The notes under the pieces: generated by a model | Told to the model about the DNA's origin: nothing | Databases searched by the model: none | Seen by the model: the letters and a program-made list of their open reading frames with translations, nothing else | Program-made: the position numbers and the translations under genes | Origin: Puniceicoccales bacterium | GTDB lineage: Bacteria > Verrucomicrobiota > Verrucomicrobiia > Opitutales > LL51 | Direction of reading: 5' to 3' | DNA length: 46,819 bases | Assembly (NCBI GenBank): GCA_031268005.1 | Contig: JAIRYA010000064.1 | Coordinates: 1-46,819, forward strand | Shown: positions 1 to 7,988 of the stretch, one piece after another | Layout: each line of letters opens with the position of its first letter | How positions within the stretch are numbered: the first letter of the stretch is position 1

Positions 1-270
1 TTGGCTGCGAAAGCTGAAAATACAGGTTTTCTAAAGACGGCAATGGATGCCTTCAAAGATAATGACAAACAACTACAAACGGAAATTTTAAAAGATATAA
101 TCAATGCCTGTATAGAAGAAAAAGAAGAAGAAGAAGGAATAAAACTGCTAGCGAAAGTTATAGAAGGCTACGACGATACAACCAAGAATGATCTGCTAAA
201 TTTACTAAAAAACGACGACAAATATAATTCCCTGGAGGAAGCAATGGAGCTGAATAGAAAAAATCAATAA
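1..270 (+). CDS. C-terminal fragment of a hypothetical protein (Glu/Lys-rich), truncated by the window edge
   Basis: Open frame from the window start to a stop at 268-270. No recognisable motif. Followed by a hairpin at 403-426. Confidence 0.4.
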   Translation: MAAKAENTGFLKTAMDAFKDNDKQLQTEILKDIINACIEEKEEEEGIKLLAKVIEGYDDTTKNDLLNLLKNDDKYNSLEEAMELNRKNQ

Positions 271-402
271 AAATGATTGGAAAAAGAGCAATAAAGTCAA
301 TGAAAAGATGACTGTGAGCGGAGGGAATTGGGAAAAGCAATATCGATGAAGGACGAATAGTCGTTCCCTGGAATATGCAATTACAAAATAATCGCAAAAG
401 GT

Positions 403-426
403 GGGAGCGAAATGCGATTCGCTCCC
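403..426. terminator. Candidate bidirectional intrinsic terminator between convergent genes
   Basis: GGGAGCGAA-atgcga-TTCGCTCCC forms a perfect 9-bp stem. On the minus strand it is followed by a T-rich tract (ACCTTTTGCGATTATTTTG). It lies between the stops at 270 (+) and 460 (-). Confidence 0.5.
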
Positions 427-459
427 ATCGTAAATGAAAACTTTTGAGATTTTATTGCC

Positions 460-1557
460 CTACAAAACGGTCGCCACAAGGATGTAGAAAAAAACGATCA
501 GCAATGCAATATCTCGGAAAAGATTGTTTTTCTTAGCCCTTATCTTTGCGATTAGGGGTAAAATTCCTGCGATGATATTGAGAAATATACCTCCCGCAAA
601 TTCCAGTGTGCGAATGAAAATGGAAGGATTGTAAGCGGAAATTGCAAAGGGTAAAAAAACGGTAATTCCAAGGATGGGCAACTTCATCACCTTTCCAGAA
701 AAACAATCCTGCAATGCATTTCCCACGCTTAGGGAAACGCCGATGAGTGAGGTAATAATCGCAAAGAATGAAAAAATTTGCCCCCACAGCTCGCACAATT
801 GCATGCCTTCCTTTTGACTCAAAATGGCAAAAACCGGCAATCCCTGGGCTAATCCCCAACTCAATTCCTCCGGTCTCAGTGCCCGGAAACTAACCCAAAG
901 AATAGCCACATTGAACAAAAATGGGAAAAATGTTCCCCAAATGATCGCTTTCCCTATTGATTTCCTATCAAAATCGAGCTGGCGACAAATAAAGGGTACC
1001 GCTCCGTGAAATCCATAGCTACACAAAATAACCGCCAGTGAATGATTCAAAATACCCAAATCGCCGATGCCCGCAAATGCCTCGCCTTTGACTTGAAATA
1101 TCGAGAAAATTAACGCACCAAAGGCAACCATAAACCCTCCCGTCAATAGCACATTTAGGGGACCAATCGAACGAAATCCATGGAATAATAGGACAGCAAC
1201 AAACAGAAGCAAAGCTCCACGGCAAGGGAATGATATTCCGGAAAAAATGCTTCCCAAGCCTGTCCAGTATGCGACCAATAGGCAAAAAAATAGGGTGAAG
1301 TAGGCGATGGCGAAAATGATCATACCGGGCTTACCCAATGTCTTCCGAAACAGCGACGGCAAATCAAAGGAACGGGTCTCAATCACAAAATCGGCTAAAA
1401 TTTGTCCCGTATATAGCATTGCCACATAGAGGATGAAAATAGCGAGAAATGAAGGCAAAAACCCTACACCACCCAAAGCGACCGGTAGCCCAAGAACACC
1501 GGCACCTATTGCATTTCCAGCAATAAATAAGACAATTTGAATTAATTTTTTATCCAT
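460..1557 (-). CDS. Aromatic amino acid permease, Trp/Tyr permease (HAAAP, Mtr/TyrP-like) family
   Basis: 365 aa and polytopic. The N-terminus IAGNAIGAGVLGLPVALGG...LYTGQILAD...FRKTLGKPG aligns by eye to the Mtr/TyrP signature GGTIIGAGMFSLPV...ITKDLLGKG. Confidence 0.7.
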   Translation of the reverse strand: MDKKLIQIVLFIAGNAIGAGVLGLPVALGGVGFLPSFLAIFILYVAMLYTGQILADFVIETRSFDLPSLFRKTLGKPGMIIFAIAYFTLFFCLLVAYWTGLGSIFSGISFPCRGALLLFVAVLLFHGFRSIGPLNVLLTGGFMVAFGALIFSIFQVKGEAFAGIGDLGILNHSLAVILCSYGFHGAVPFICRQLDFDRKSIGKAIIWGTFFPFLFNVAILWVSFRALRPEELSWGLAQGLPVFAILSQKEGMQLCELWGQIFSFFAIITSLIGVSLSVGNALQDCFSGKVMKLPILGITVFLPFAISAYNPSIFIRTLEFAGGIFLNIIAGILPLIAKIRAKKNNLFRDIALLIVFFYILVATVL

Positions 1558-1902
1558 AATATTTTACCTTTCTTTTTTCGAATGCCGAGGCAAATACCAC
1601 AAATAAAAAATCCGCAGCACCTGCCGCGGAAACGAAACGAAATGCCTCAGTTTACCACGGCAAACCACCGTAGTAATAAAAATAGCTGAACTGCCATTTC
1701 GTCTTCAAGATGTTTGATAGGAGCAAAAAAATTTTAACGTGTCAAGTATTGTTTTATAAAAAAATAAACTATTAGCGCGTGAATGGCGAAAATGAATGAA
1801 ATGAAAAAAGGAAAAAGGGTTCCGCAACTCCTTGCGAATGCAAGACCGAACCCGCGGGGTGGCATCCTATTTCGTCGGTTTCGTTTTTTAGGAAAAAATG
1901 AC

Positions 1903-1931
1903 TTGACAAAATTGCTTTTTTTGAGCGTAAT
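1903..1931 (+). promoter_or_regulatory. Sigma70-like promoter candidate (TTGACA-N17-CGTAAT)
   Basis: TTGACA at 1903-1908, a 17-nt spacer, and CGTAAT at 1926-1931. A GGAGAG Shine-Dalgarno follows ~8 nt before the ATG at 1955. Confidence 0.4.
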
Positions 1932-1954
1932 CACCCCCGGTACGGAGAGAATTT

Positions 1955-2293
1955 ATGGATATAAATGCATACGACATTAATATCGATGCGCAGGCGATAG
2001 AGATTTTTTCAAATGGAGTGATAGCTATTGTTACGGCGGATAGTGAAATTGCGAAAAAGTTTGAAACTCTTACGGAAATCGAGCGCAATAATGTGATCCA
2101 TTCGCTAATGGAGCATAGGGATATGCCCAATCAAAGCGGGCGCTGCATATATTCTTTGTATGACGATTTTGGTATGGTAAACGGGGCGGTAATATTTAAG
2201 TATTTGCGAAGTGGATTTTTGAGTAAAAGAAGACCCATTTTATATAAATTTACGGCATTTAATATCCATAAAAATAAGAATGATTCCCTTTAA
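1955..2293 (+). CDS. Hypothetical protein, 112 aa
   Basis: The ORF has an upstream canonical-geometry promoter and a GGAGAG SD. No recognisable motif. Confidence 0.45.
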   Translation: MDINAYDINIDAQAIEIFSNGVIAIVTADSEIAKKFETLTEIERNNVIHSLMEHRDMPNQSGRCIYSLYDDFGMVNGAVIFKYLRSGFLSKRRPILYKFTAFNIHKNKNDSL

Positions 2294-2564
2294 AATGGTA
2301 TTTCCGATTTTTAATTAGATAATTGGGGTAAAATAAAAAAATAGTTTTTTTCCGCATTTTATGGGTAGGATAAAATTTCCGGAAGGTTGTTTGCGGTATT
2401 TGTATAGCTTATATGGCTGTGGGATTGGAGAGAAGAAAAAGAATATTTAGAAAAAAATAGGTCAAATGTATAAAATAAGTATTGACCAGGAGGGATATGA
2501 TTTGCAGATTCTGTGGCAGAGAGTCGTAGTATGGTGTCTCTTATAGTGGAACGGACGCAGTCGG

Positions 2565-2640
<76 letters not shown>

Positions 2641-2679
2641 TTGCAGAGAATTTTAATTATTTAAGAAAAGGATTAGTTA

Positions 2680-3870
2680 ATGGCAAAAGAAACCTTCGAA
2701 AGAACGAAACCTCACGTTAATGTGGGCACTATTGGTCACGTTGATCACGGTAAATCAACCTTGACAACAGCACTCGTCAAAGTGCAGTCGGATAAGGGCT
2801 TGGCGGAATTTAAGTCCTATGCCGATATCACAAAGGGCGGTACGGTGCGCGATTCCACTAAAACCGTCACTATCGCCGTTTCGCACGTCGAATACCAGAG
2901 TAATAATCGCCACTATGCCCACGTCGATTGTCCCGGGCACGCTGATTTTGTCAAAAATATGATTACCGGTGCGGCGCAGATGGACGGGGCTATTCTAGTC
3001 GTCAGTGCGACGGATGGTTTGATGCCACAGACCCGTGAGCATATTCTTTTGGCACGGCAGGTGGGTGTTCCAAAAATCGTAGTCTTTTTGAATAAGGTCG
3101 ACATTTTCGATGACCCGGAATTGCTCGATATCGTCGAAATGGAAATTCGCGATTTGCTGACGAAGTATGAATTCAATGGGGATAAAGCTACGGTTGTTCG
3201 GGGTTCGGCTTTGGCGGCATTGGAGGGAAAGCCGGAAGGTGTGGAAGCAATCGGGAGGCTTTTGGAGGCACTCGATAGGGATATTCCCGTGCCGCAGCGC
3301 GACATTGAGAAACCCTTCCTCATGTCCGTTGAGGATGTATTTTCCATTACGGGGCGGGGAACGGTTGCGACGGGACGCATTGAGCGTGGCATTGTAACCG
3401 TCGGTGACGAAGTTGAGATTGTTGGTCTTGGCGATACGAAAAAGACAATTTGTACGGGTGTTGAAATGTTCCGTAAGCTTCTCGATAAGGGTCGTGCCGG
3501 AGACAATGTCGGTTTATTACTTCGCGGACTTGAAAAGAAAGGAGTGGAGCGGGGGCAGGTGATTGCAAAGCCGAAGAGTATTACGCCCCATGCGAAAGCG
3601 AAGGCAGAAATTTACGTCCTAACAAAGGATGAGGGGGGGCGTCATACGCCGTTCTTCAATGGCTATCGTCCACAGTTTTTCTTGGGGACGGCGGATGTTA
3701 CGGGGGTTGTGAGTTTGCAGGAAGGTACGGAAATGGTGATGCCGGGCGATAATTTAAATGTGGTGCTCGAGTTGCAAAAGGCAGTTGCCATGGAAAAGGG
3801 ACAACGCTTTGCGATTCGTGAAGGCGGTCATACCATTGGTGCGGGGCGTATTGTGGAGATTATCGAATAA
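2680..3870 (+). CDS. tuf: Elongation factor Tu
   Basis: [10 protein letters not shown]-loop, [12 protein letters not shown], and full-length 396 aa. Confidence 0.98.
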   Translation: MAKETFERTKPHVNVGTIGHVDHGKSTLTTALVKVQSDKGLAEFKSYADITKGGTVRDSTKTVTIAVSHVEYQSNNRHYAHVDCPGHADFVKNMITGAAQMDGAILVVSATDGLMPQTREHILLARQVGVPKIVVFLNKVDIFDDPELLDIVEMEIRDLLTKYEFNGDKATVVRGSALAALEGKPEGVEAIGRLLEALDRDIPVPQRDIEKPFLMSVEDVFSITGRGTVATGRIERGIVTVGDEVEIVGLGDTKKTICTGVEMFRKLLDKGRAGDNVGLLLRGLEKKGVERGQVIAKPKSITPHAKAKAEIYVLTKDEGGRHTPFFNGYRPQFFLGTADVTGVVSLQEGTEMVMPGDNLNVVLELQKAVAMEKGQRFAIREGGHTIGAGRIVEIIE

Positions 3871-3925
3871 AATTGGCAAAAAATGTTAGTGGAGGACTGG
3901 AGAAGTCCCTGCGTTGACGATTAGG

Positions 3926-4001
3926 AGGAGAATAGCTCAATTGGAAGAGCAACGGTCTCCAAAACCGTAGGTTGGGGGTTCGAGACCCTCTTCTCCTGCC
4001 A
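3926..4001 (+). tRNA. tRNA-Trp (anticodon CCA), CCA encoded
   Basis: 76 nt. Acceptor AGGAGAA/TTCTCCT, anticodon stem ACGGT/ACCGT with loop CTCCAAA, T-arm GGGGG-TTCGAGA-CCCTC. The tuf/secE position is classical. Confidence 0.9.
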
Positions 4002-4034
4002 GCTGTGTTATGAAAATAAAATTTTAAAAAATTT

Positions 4035-4250
4035 ATGAAAAATCCATTGAGGCGAGTAGGTATATTTTTTGGTGAAACGGTAAATGAGTTAAAGATAACC
4101 TCATGGCCTACGCAGAAGGAGATGCGTCACTACGTTGCGGTTGTTCTAGTCGGTATGGCGATTTTGGGCATTTATGTTTCAATTGTTGACTTTTCACTGA
4201 TGCATGTCGTTGAATTATTTAGCAATTGGGTGCGAGGAAGTCTCGGATAG
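4035..4250 (+). CDS. secE: Preprotein translocase subunit SecE
   Basis: 71 aa with ELKKxxWP-like NELKITSWPT followed by a single TM helix. Synteny with nusG. Confidence 0.85.
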   Translation: MKNPLRRVGIFFGETVNELKITSWPTQKEMRHYVAVVLVGMAILGIYVSIVDFSLMHVVELFSNWVRGSLG

Positions 4251-4269
4251 TGGAATTGTAATAGAATTT

Positions 4270-4836
4270 ATGGTGCTTTTAATGCAGGATTCACGCTGGT
4301 ATGCTTTGCAGGTTTTTTCTAATCAGGAGGCTAAGGTAAAGGTATATCTCGATAAATTCGCAGCCCACGAAGGTGTAACCATTGAGGAAATTCTTGTGCC
4401 TTCGGAGCGCGTTATCGAAATTAAGAATGGTAAGCGCTATAATCGCGTTAAAAAGTTTTATCCGGGCTACGTTTTTATTCGGATGAAATTATACGATGAG
4501 GATGAAAAATTGCTCCAATCGCAGTGGTATTTCGTTCGCAATGCCCAAGGTGTACTCAATTTTGTGGGTGGCGATCGTCCCGTCCCCCTAAAGGAAGAAG
4601 AAGTGAAGCGGATTTTGGATCAGGCAAAGGTGGCGGCAGCGGCGCCTCCCGTGCAACGCGTGCAATTTAAAGTTGGCGATAGGGTTAAAATTGTCGATGG
4701 TCCTTTTTCGGAATCCCTGGGGGCGATAGGGGAAATTGATTTTGAAAATGGGAAGATGCAAGTGTCGGTATCCCTATTTGGACGGGAAACACCGGTTGAA
4801 TTAGAATTTTGGCAAGCGGAAATTATAAGGGAATGA
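4270..4836 (+). CDS. nusG: Transcription termination/antitermination factor NusG
   Basis: [15 protein letters not shown]-domain start and a C-terminal KOW ([11 protein letters not shown]). The start could be ATG 4270 or 4282. The track start at 4204 overlaps secE and is rejected. Confidence 0.9.
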   Translation: MVLLMQDSRWYALQVFSNQEAKVKVYLDKFAAHEGVTIEEILVPSERVIEIKNGKRYNRVKKFYPGYVFIRMKLYDEDEKLLQSQWYFVRNAQGVLNFVGGDRPVPLKEEEVKRILDQAKVAAAAPPVQRVQFKVGDRVKIVDGPFSESLGAIGEIDFENGKMQVSVSLFGRETPVELEFWQAEIIRE

Positions 4837-4840
4837 AATT

Positions 4841-5266
4841 ATGGCAAAGAAGGTAGTGAAGCAAATCAAATTACAATTACCTGCGGGTGCGGCAAATCCG
4901 GCACCTCCAGTTGGTCCTGCATTGGGTAGTGCCGGTGTAAATATTATGGGTTTTTGCAAAGAATTTAATGCGAGGACAAAGGATATGGCGGGGATGATTA
5001 TTCCCGCGGTGATTTCAGTCTATGCCGACCGTTCCTTTACCTTTGAATTAAAATCGCCACCGGCTTCCGTACTGTTACAGAAGGCGGCGGGGATTGGGAA
5101 GGGATCGGGTGTTCCCAATCGCACAAAGGTCGGGAAAGTGACCCACAGGCAGCTCGAAGAAATTGCGGAAACCAAAAAGGCGGATCTCAACGCCGAAGAT
5201 CTCGATGCGGCGGTGAAAATGATCGCAGGGACGGCACGCAGCATGGGCATTGAGATTATTGCCTAA
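4841..5266 (+). CDS. rplK: 50S ribosomal protein L11
   Basis: [20 protein letters not shown] signature. Confidence 0.96.
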   Translation: MAKKVVKQIKLQLPAGAANPAPPVGPALGSAGVNIMGFCKEFNARTKDMAGMIIPAVISVYADRSFTFELKSPPASVLLQKAAGIGKGSGVPNRTKVGKVTHRQLEEIAETKKADLNAEDLDAAVKMIAGTARSMGIEIIA

Positions 5267-5387
5267 AAATTTTTAATTGAGTTATGCCCTAGGGCGTAAA
5301 CATAAGTGTCCAGATGGCTATTTTTTTTGAGAGTTTTTAATAAAAAATCTTGACAAAAAGAAGACACGCTATTGTTCCTCGGCCATT

Positions 5388-6059
5388 ATGAGAATTAAAA
5401 TATATTTCACATTGCTGTCACTTATGTTTATATTTAGGTTGCCTGGGAATGTGGAGGCATGTTTTTGGCTATTACCGGAAGATAAGGAAGCAATAGAGGA
5501 TTGGAATCACAGTGATCATTTTTTTTGGGTGCCCAGCTCGTCGGATTTCCATAAAATGATTTCCTTCCATTATTTACTGCCCGGAGTTTGGCAATGGTTT
5601 GTGCTTATTTTGCAAATTATTTTTAATTTAAGTTGTTTATTGCTAAGGATGCCCTGGATTTGCTTGAAGACAATTGTCTGCTTTTTTAGGGAAAAGAATA
5701 CCAACATTTGGCAAGATTTTCGATGCACTATTAAGAATATTCTATGGTATTCCCAAATTTACCGCCGTTTATGCAGTATTTCGATCATGCGTTGCTTTCA
5801 GTCTTTTAATTTTTTTTTACTGGGAAGTCTAACTATTTTTATCTTTTCCTTTATTCCCTTCTTTGCTTATAGTGAGAGGCTTTCTAAGCGGTCGATTTTT
5901 TCTGTGCGATCGACTTTATTAGCGTCAGAAAACTTTGAGGTTTTATTACAAATCCTTCTTTATTGCGCTTTGCCGGCGGTATTTATATATGCTTTTTGCG
6001 TCGCTGCAAAATATTTACGATTTTCCGCTAAATATTTTCGAGCCGCCTTTCAGGAATAA
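5388..6059 (+). CDS. Hypothetical polytopic membrane protein inserted between rplK and rplA
   Basis: A 223-codon ORF in visibly more AT-rich DNA, where stop codons are frequent, so an open frame this long is unlikely by chance. It has several F/I/L/C/W-rich hydrophobic stretches. No recognisable motif. Confidence 0.45.
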   Translation: MRIKIYFTLLSLMFIFRLPGNVEACFWLLPEDKEAIEDWNHSDHFFWVPSSSDFHKMISFHYLLPGVWQWFVLILQIIFNLSCLLLRMPWICLKTIVCFFREKNTNIWQDFRCTIKNILWYSQIYRRLCSISIMRCFQSFNFFLLGSLTIFIFSFIPFFAYSERLSKRSIFSVRSTLLASENFEVLLQILLYCALPAVFIYAFCVAAKYLRFSAKYFRAAFQE

Positions 6060-6169
6060 TCCTTGGCGATTTTTGTGGGGTTGTAGCATTTTTGGGGAAA
6101 ATTGGAAAAAATAATAAAAAACAACTTGACAAGGTCGAAAATTGCCGTAGCCATATTTATAATTTGTTT

Positions 6170-6865
6170 ATGAAAAAACGAAGCAAACGTCAGATAAAGG
6201 GGCAGGAGGTCGCTGATCGAAGTCAGTGCTTTTCTGTTGAGAATGCCGTTGCACTGCTCGAAAAAATGCCAAAGGCTCGTTTTGATGAAACCGTTGCGCT
6301 TTCCATTCACCTTGGAGTGGATCCGAAGCAGAGCGATCAAATGGTTCGTGGCGTTGTGAGTTTGCCAAATGGTAGTGGAAAAAAGGTGAAGGTTCTCGTG
6401 TTTACGGAAAAACCGGAAGAGGCCATTGGGGCGGGAGCTGATTTTGCGGGACTTACGGATTTGATTGAAAAAATTCAATCGGGGTGGCTTGATTTTGACG
6501 TGGCGATTTCCACAACTTCTGCGATGAAACAGGTTCGCGATGTTGCCCGAATTTTGGGCCCACGTGGAATTATGCCAAATCCCAAATCGGGAACCGTTTC
6601 GGACGACATCGTGGAAGCGGTGCGTCAGGTAAAAGCCGGTCGCGTCGAATTCAAGATGGATAAAACGGCGAATATGGCCGTTGTAGTGGGGAAGCGTTCC
6701 TTTGAAACGGAAAAATTAGTTGAAAATATTAAGACTGCCATAGAAGCGGTGCAAAAGGCAAAGCCGGCCGGTGTCGTCAGTGGTTTTGTTAAAAATATTG
6801 CCTTGAGTGCAACGATGGTATCGCCCGGGATTAGGCTGGAACAAAGTATTTATGGTGCATTTTAA
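6170..6865 (+). CDS. rplA: 50S ribosomal protein L1
   Basis: MKKRSKRQ...FDETVALSIHLGVDPKQSDQMVRG...LPNGSGK. The start was moved to the ATG at 6170, codon 27 of the track ORF. Confidence 0.93.
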   Translation: MKKRSKRQIKGQEVADRSQCFSVENAVALLEKMPKARFDETVALSIHLGVDPKQSDQMVRGVVSLPNGSGKKVKVLVFTEKPEEAIGAGADFAGLTDLIEKIQSGWLDFDVAISTTSAMKQVRDVARILGPRGIMPNPKSGTVSDDIVEAVRQVKAGRVEFKMDKTANMAVVVGKRSFETEKLVENIKTAIEAVQKAKPAGVVSGFVKNIALSATMVSPGIRLEQSIYGAF

Positions 6866-6877
6866 AGGGGGAATATT

Positions 6878-7396
6878 ATGAGGCCGGAAAAGAAATTTTT
6901 AGTTCAGGAAGTTTCCGAGTATCTTGGGAAATCGGATTATGTTTATTTTGCGAATTTTGTGGGTGTAACGGTTGCTAAAATTTCTTCGTTGCGCAAAGAT
7001 CTAAGGGACGATGGAGCGGAATGTCACGTTGTTAAAAATAGTATTTTAAAAGTAGCGCTCGATGGAATGGGGTGTGCTCCATTGGATGAAAAATGTTTTG
7101 AGGGGCATACGGCGATTATTACGGGGGGCAGCGATCCTTCGGGTGTCGCGAAAATATTGTTTAAATTTGCTAAAAGCAATGAGGAGAAAATGGCGATCAA
7201 GGGAGGTGTTCTCTCAAAGAACCAGTTTACGATTGAAGAAATTAGAGCATTGTCCGAATTGCCGTCCTTGGAAGTCTTGCGTGCGCAGGTTTTGGCGTTG
7301 TTTAATACGCCGGCGCAGCAGTTGGTGCGCGTGCTGAATGCGGTGCCGCAGGGTGTGGTCAATGTTTTACAGGCAAAGCTTAGGCGGAGTGAATGA
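6878..7396 (+). CDS. rplJ: 50S ribosomal protein L10
   Basis: Length and synteny between rplA and rplL. LRxxLRxxGaexxVvKN motif (LRKDLRDDGAECHVVKN). Confidence 0.92.
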   Translation: MRPEKKFLVQEVSEYLGKSDYVYFANFVGVTVAKISSLRKDLRDDGAECHVVKNSILKVALDGMGCAPLDEKCFEGHTAIITGGSDPSGVAKILFKFAKSNEEKMAIKGGVLSKNQFTIEEIRALSELPSLEVLRAQVLALFNTPAQQLVRVLNAVPQGVVNVLQAKLRRSE

Positions 7397-7480
7397 TTTT
7401 TATTGAAAAGAAATGGGTTTAGGAGAAAAACTCTTAAATGGCAATGGTTGCCGCTAAATTTGTTTCTGGAGGAAAATAAA

Positions 7481-7867
7481 ATGGCGAATATTACAAAAAA
7501 TGAGGTTATTGAGTGGCTAAGTTCTCAAACCGTGCTTGAAATTGCCGGTTTGGTGAAGGATTTAGAAGAAAAATGGGGCGTTAGTGCAAGTGCTCCAGTT
7601 GCTGCGGTAGCGATGCCTGCTGCGGGCGGTGCCGCCGCCGAGGTCAAGGAGGAAAAAACGGAATTTGATGTCATTTTAGCGGCGATCGGTGAAAAGAAAA
7701 TTGATGTCATTAAGGAAGTTCGTGCCATTACGGGTCTTGGTTTGAAGGAAGCAAAAGATCTCGTCGAGGGGGCTCCCAAAACGGTAAAAGAAAGTATTTC
7801 CAAGGCCGATGCGGAAGAAGTGAAAAAGAAATTGGAAGCGGCAGGTGCAAAAGTAGAACTCAAGTGA
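7481..7867 (+). CDS. rplL: 50S ribosomal protein L7/L12
   Basis: An Ala-rich hinge and the C-terminal domain [34 protein letters not shown] precedes the ATG at 7481. Confidence 0.95.
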   Translation: MANITKNEVIEWLSSQTVLEIAGLVKDLEEKWGVSASAPVAAVAMPAAGGAAAEVKEEKTEFDVILAAIGEKKIDVIKEVRAITGLGLKEAKDLVEGAPKTVKESISKADAEEVKKKLEAAGAKVELK

Positions 7868-7895
7868 TTGAATTGTTTTATTGGGATAAGTGGTG

Positions 7896-7935
7896 CAGTT
7901 TTGTGAGAAATCTTTGTCTTACAGAACTGTTTTTT
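7896..7935 (+). terminator. rplL-rpoB intergenic hairpin plus T6, a candidate attenuator/terminator
   Basis: CAGTTTTGTGAGA-aatctttg-TCTTACAGAACTG forms a 13-bp stem with 2 G-U pairs, followed directly by TTTTTT. The position matches the known rplL-rpoB attenuator of other bacteria. Confidence 0.6.
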
Positions 7936-7988
7936 GGCATTATGTGTGGGATTTTTGCTTACAAAAGGTTCGTGTTTTCTAGTATAAT

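Noticed and set aside
1628-1887. An apparent inverted repeat, GGAAACGAAACGAAATGCC versus GGCATCCTATTTCGTCGGTTTCGTTT, about 215 bp apart.
   Set aside because: The alignment needs two gaps, and the arms are low-complexity GAAAC repeats. That is not enough to call a MITE or an operator. It may be chance.
1734-1980. Two small overlapping ORFs (66 aa on the minus strand, 65 aa on the + strand) in the permease / 112-aa ORF intergenic region.
   Set aside because: They are mutually exclusive, have low-complexity Lys/Arg/Phe-rich products, and overlap the predicted promoter at 1903-1931 and the start of the better-supported 1955 ORF.
2294-2564. A search for a small structured RNA in the 270-nt spacer before tRNA-Thr. 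A CCGGAAGG string is reminiscent of SRP RNA.
   Set aside because: There is only a short motif match. I could not fold a convincing conserved helix set by hand.
2913-3506. Long antisense or alternate-frame ORFs inside well-supported genes. Examples: 2913-3506 in tuf, 10307-10915 in rpoB, 13940-14407 and 15428-15862 in rpoC, 28427-28969 in secY, 29563-30159 in map, 33718-34323 in the kinase, 35749-36180 in the ligase, and 45847-46281 in the pseudopilin gene.
   Set aside because: These are typical shadow ORFs opposite or overlapping highly conserved coding sequence. The products are Ser/Arg/Pro-rich or low-complexity, with no motifs.
5286-5295. The palindrome GCCCTAGGGC after rplK, considered as a possible terminator.
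   Set aside because: As a hairpin it gives at most a 5-bp stem with a 4-nt loop, and the nearest T-run is ~30 nt away. It does not look like a convincing intrinsic terminator.
6050-6478. A 142-aa minus-strand ORF overlapping the rplA start region.
   Set aside because: It is antisense to a confidently identified L1 gene and has no supporting signals.
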